A stretch of DNA of 64,000 bases from positions 186,001 to 250,000 of the forward strand of contig BCKZ01000015.1 in the NCBI GenBank assembly GCA_001600815.1, read 5' to 3'. Positions 59,785 to 64,000 of the stretch are shown in pieces; the stretch's first letter is position 1; the number at the start of each line of letters is the position of its first letter. Source of the stretch: Alloascoidea hylecoeti (lineage: Eukaryota). Both the position numbers and the translations under genes were made by a program. Below the pieces are notes generated by a model. It worked only from the letters and a program-made list of their open reading frames with translations, made no database searches and was not told the DNA's origin.

Positions 59785-59992
59785 TTCCGGCCAATCAGTT
59801 GAAATTGAAGAAGAGGAGGAAATGGGGATTTTGTTTCTTTTATATTCCATTCATGAATCCATTGTATGTAAACGTCAGAATGCGTTCAATCAATCAACTG
59901 AAAATGTGGAGTAAGCTGACATCGCTAGACACATCTTCATTACTAAGCAAAACCAAATATAAAATGTCCCATTTTCTGATGTGAAATTGTCC

Positions 59993-61181
59993 ATGATCTT
60001 AAACATCAAAAACATTTTTTCTATTTCTAGATCAATTGTTCCAAAGTTAAACACTTTAAATCCTCTTTCACTTAACCTCACAAGACAATCAATTGCAATG
60101 TCCCACTCACAAGGCTTTAAAATAACTGATTGGGCTAGTAAATCTGGAAAATTCGAGCGGAAGCCGGTAAATACCATTTCTTATGATTATATCAATTGTG
60201 AATCAATCACTAACCAATTACACTAGTCTGTGTTTAGAAACTCTATTTCAAGAGAAGAAGGAGCGCAATATCCACCAGAAGCGAATAGATATCATTTATA
60301 TGTATCCCTTGCTTGCCCATGGTAAGTTATAATCTAATCAGTTATAATTATCAAAATACTAATCTTGATTCTTGTTCTACAGGGCTCATCGTACTTTAAT
60401 TACCAGACATCTTAAAGGGTTGACTTCGATCATTGGAGTTAGTGTTGTTGATTGGCATTTAGATGCAAAAGGTTGGAGATTTTCTGATTTGGATACTATT
60501 GAAGGACCAGCAAAGGATAAAATTAATGGATATTCAAGATTAAGTGAGATATATTTTAGTGTTAACCCTGAATATGCTGGCCGTTTTACTGTTCCTGTAC
60601 TTTGGGATACTAAAACAAATTCAATTGTTAATAATGAATCAAGTGAAATTATTAGAATGTTTTATACTGAATTTGATGATTTAATCGATGAAAAATATAA
60701 AGGTTTAACTTTTTATCCAAAGGAATATCAATCTAAAATTGATGAACTTAATGATTGGATTTATGATAATATTAATAATGGTGTTTATAAAGCTGGTTTT
60801 GCGACTAAACAAGAAGCTTATGATGAAGCAGTTACAAATGTTTTCAGTCATTTAGATAAAGTGGAGAAAATATTATCAAATGGTGGACCATACCTTTTAG
60901 GTAAAACGTTTACAGAGGCAGATTTAAGATTATATCCAACAATTGCTCGTTTTGATGCTATTTATGTTCAACATTTTAAATGTAATATTGGTACAATCCG
61001 TTCAAACTATCCTTTTATTCATAAATGGTTAAGACATTTATATTGGGAAGTGCCTGGTTTTAAAGAAACTACTGATTTTGTTCATATTAAAAATCATTAT
61101 GCTAAAAGTCATACACAAATTAATCCATATTCTATTACACCTTTGGGTCCAATTCCAAATATTTTACCATTAGATGCTTAG
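59993..61181 (+). CDS. ECM4: Glutathionyl-hydroquinone reductase / omega-like glutathione transferase; exons 59993-60166, 60227-60321, 60383-61181
   Basis: Introns 60167-60226 and 60322-60382 restore GKFERKPSVFRNSI and RYHLYVSLACPWAHR. Also RFTVPVLWD, IVNNESSEIIR and INNGVYKAGFA. Confidence 0.92.
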
Positions 61182-61410
61182 TTTTAGATTAGGAATATAC
61201 CATTATGACATTAATTATCGTGCAACACTATCTTTACAATTAGTATTTTATAATTTTTATAATTTTTATATAATTTAAATATTTAAATATTTAAATATTT
61301 AAACACGTGCATCTCTAAACATCGATATCAAATTTTCAGTTAAGATTTTATATTAATATTGTAATTAAACAAAGATCAAAGTATCGTGTAACCAGTTGCA
61401 ATTCAATTAA

Positions 61411-62212
61411 ATGCTTCGACAACTCTCTGTGATTGGAAGTTCTACTCCTTTAAAATTGGCTGTGAAGTTGGGTTTCGAGAACTCAAAAATTCCGAAGTTC
61501 TTATGTGGCCAATCAATATCACCTCCACGGGTAGATATATGGACACGATCATATTCAGTTACCAATGATATTAAAAGTAAGTGTATTTTATTTTAAAGAT
61601 TGTAAAAACTTGTAACTTATAACATTTCTAATATTAATGATAAATTAAAAAAAAGAGACCAGTAATCCATCAGTACTGGATTTACAAGTAGGTTATATTT
61701 CAAATGTTGAAAGACACCCCAATGCGGATAAGCTGTATGTTTTAAAAGTTATAATCAACGACAATGAAGATGAAATTCTTAATGGATTGAGTGTTTGTAG
61801 TGGGCTAGTTAACTTAATTCCTATTGAGCAGCTACAAGGACGCCGAATTGTTCTATTACGAAATTTGAAAAAAAGTAAAATGAGAGGAATAGTTTCAGAA
61901 GCAATGCTATTAGCAGCTTCTTCTAATTCTTCAGATGGAATAAATGAAATTGTTGAATTAGTTAATCCACCAGAAACATCGAAAATAGGAGATAAATTAT
62001 TCTTTGAAGGTTATCAACCAAAACCCGATACTGTTTTTAAAAAATTGACACCTAAACATGCTGCTTGGAGTGTATTTGATAATATTAAAACAGAAGAAAA
62101 TCTTAATGTTGTTTATTTAACAAATCCAGAAGAAGAAATTAAGAGTCGTTTGGTTTCGGAGAATGGATCGGTTGCTACTGTGAATAGTTTGAAAAATGCT
62201 TCAGTCCGATAA
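61411..62212 (+). CDS. Stand-alone tRNA-binding OB-fold protein (Arc1-C/EMAPII/Trbp111-like) with presequence-like leader; exons 61411-61576, 61656-62212
   Basis: PSVLDLQVGYI..VERHPNADKLYV, VCSGLV, NLKKSKMRGIVSEAMLLAA and VELVNPP...IGD. Donor GTAAGT at 61577; the only in-frame acceptor is AAG ending at 61655. Confidence 0.75.
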
Positions 62213-62384
62213 ACCCATACAATATAGAAATAACTAAGATAAAAATGTTATGGGGGTATAAATTATAGTGCGTATGTTCTTTCCTTGTTTAAATTTAATT
62301 TTTACCTCCAATACAACTTGGAAGATCTCACAATCGATATCACGTAACCTAATATCATAACCACCAACAGCCAATACAATTTCA

Positions 62385-63275
62385 ATGTCATTTGTTGCGA
62401 CCTGGGTGCCTCCTTTTAAATCGGCTATCTCCAATGAAGGAGCAAATTTTATTCCTTTTTCTTTAGCTACAATCTCCAAAGATGGATTACCAAAAGTACG
62501 AACGTGCGTCTTTCGTGGGTTTCTATTTGATGACGAATCAACAAATATTCTTACGTTTTGTACGGATAAAAGAATGGCAAAATTAGATGAATTGAAATCA
62601 AATAATAAATATGAAGCATGTTTTTATTTCGGTAAAAGTAATAAACAATATAGATTTTCAGGTTTTACTAAAATTATCGACTTGGATTTTTTAAAAACAA
62701 AGGAAGATATTAATATGATTCAAACTAGAAGTTCAACTGATTTAAAACTAGGATTTACTGCTAACAGTGAAAACACTTCAAAAAATGTGGTTGATAGACT
62801 ACGTGGGACGGAGAGTTCAAAAGTCGATTTTCAGAATAGTCCAGAAACAGATTTTAGTTTGTATAATGAAGGTCATGATTCATATAGGGTCTTTTCGCCA
62901 TCCACCACCTCAGCAGATGCATATTTGAGTAGCATTTCCTTTGACGTTGATTCCATCCCACCACCCACCAAGGAAGAATGGCTCGCAGAAATCCACAGAA
63001 GTTGGAATAATTTAAGCAGTGGAATGAAAGCCAGTTTCCGGAAACCAGCACCCGGCAGTGCGTTAACCAACGAAAAACGGTTACAATTGGATGCGATTTC
63101 CAGGGGAGTTGATGGGGAGAGCGATGATCATGGACTTAATAATTTTGGGGTAGTTTTGCTGTTTGTGGACAATGTGGATATTGTCGATTTGGACGGTGCG
63201 AATGGAGCCGGACGGCGGGTTTTGTTTGAGCGAGTGGAGCGGGATCAATGGAACTCCAATGAGGTTTGTCCATAA
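62385..63275 (+). CDS. Pyridoxamine 5'-phosphate oxidase-like FMN-binding protein (YGR017W-like)
   Basis: FSLATI..G.PKVRTCVFRGFLF, TDKRMAK, EACFYF....QYRFSG, SFRKPAPG and W....VCP terminus. Confidence 0.85.
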   Translation: MSFVATWVPPFKSAISNEGANFIPFSLATISKDGLPKVRTCVFRGFLFDDESTNILTFCTDKRMAKLDELKSNNKYEACFYFGKSNKQYRFSGFTKIIDLDFLKTKEDINMIQTRSSTDLKLGFTANSENTSKNVVDRLRGTESSKVDFQNSPETDFSLYNEGHDSYRVFSPSTTSADAYLSSISFDVDSIPPPTKEEWLAEIHRSWNNLSSGMKASFRKPAPGSALTNEKRLQLDAISRGVDGESDDHGLNNFGVVLLFVDNVDIVDLDGANGAGRRVLFERVERDQWNSNEVCP

Positions 63276-63459
63276 TTAATAGTTAATATTTATGTGTATT
63301 TGTTTGGTAATTAGCCGAGTCGTTATTTATCTGTTTACAGTTGTTCGGCGGGTAAAATCGGATCTGAAATAGCCGCTTCCCCGCCGTTGAAAAAAAGTAA
63401 TATAAAACGGTCTTGATCTGCCCAAAAATATCAATCCGTTTATTTATCATCTAATTCCA

Positions 63460-64000
63460 ATGTCTAAATACATTTCTCAAGTTTACTATCCAAACGAACC
63501 TTCCCAGCCCACCATCGTCACAAAAGGTCTTGGCGAAAAGGGAAAAAAGGAACTCGAAAAACTAGCAAAAGTCTTTGATGCCCGTCCTGCTTATTTCGTT
63601 GCTGATTACTACAACTCCACCGGTAACTTCATCAAAGATGTTGATGGAAATGTCTACTTAGATATGTACTCACAAATTGCTTCTATTGCTCTTGGTTATA
63701 ACAATCCTGCTCTAATTGATGCTGCTAAATCTCCAGAAATGATTAATGCTTTGATACAAAGACCAGCTACTGGTAACTTCCCAAGCAACGATTACGCTGA
63801 TATTTTAAGTCAAGGTCTTTTAGCTGCTGCTCCAAAAGGTATGGATCACGTCTGGTGTGGTTTGTCAGGTGCTGATGCTAATGAATTGGCTTTCAAAGCT
63901 GCTTTCATCTATCAACAATCCAAAAAGAGAGGCTTCGATAAGCCTTTTTCAACCGAAGAAGAAGAATCTTGTATGAATAATGTTGCTCCAGGTTGTCCTG
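63460..64000 (+). CDS. UGA1: 4-aminobutyrate aminotransferase, 5' part (runs off window end)
   Basis: Not in ORF track. ATG 63460 gives MSKYISQVYYPNEP..GNFIKDVDGNVYLDMYSQIASIALGYNNP..RPATGNFP..GLSGADANELAFKAAF. Confidence 0.93.
   Translation, partial: MSKYISQVYYPNEPSQPTIVTKGLGEKGKKELEKLAKVFDARPAYFVADYYNSTGNFIKDVDGNVYLDMYSQIASIALGYNNPALIDAAKSPEMINALIQRPATGNFPSNDYADILSQGLLAAAPKGMDHVWCGLSGADANELAFKAAFIYQQSKKRGFDKPFSTEEEESCMNNVAPGCP

Overview
Eukaryotic, AT-rich genomic DNA from an intron-containing budding yeast. An early-diverging Saccharomycotina lineage (Yarrowia/Nadsonia-like) is inferred from gene content and from mostly 60-80 nt introns with GTATGT/GTAAGT donors and CTAAY/TTAAC branch points; the species cannot be identified. 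The window carries about 24 protein genes, including NUP60 (partial), TFC3, PDR16, CSL4, BRE1, BDF1, ULP2, PCT1, an ARO10-like gene, an AIM3-like gene, PUT2, SSD1, FIG4, PPM2-JmjC, ADE1, ECM33, a GLTP, ECM4 and UGA1 (partial). Several are re-modelled here with introns that the ORF track misses. The main find is an unannotated, ORF-free, extensively self-complementary ~760-nt element between TFC3 and PDR16 (about 5820-6578, + strand) with the architecture of a fungal telomerase RNA. It has 5'-3' terminal helices, a template-boundary helix abutting AACCCGCCACTAAC (predicting a TTAGTGGCGGG telomere), a U/A-rich H-type pseudoknot, and a 3' ATAAGT-type pseudo-intron. Other observations: a Tc1-like transposase fossil, a Harbinger-type Myb/SANT gene, an Aro10-like protein with altered catalytic residues, a recurrent ATCGATATC promoter motif, and a long structured ECM33 intron. 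All RNA structures were paired by eye and need computational and experimental confirmation.
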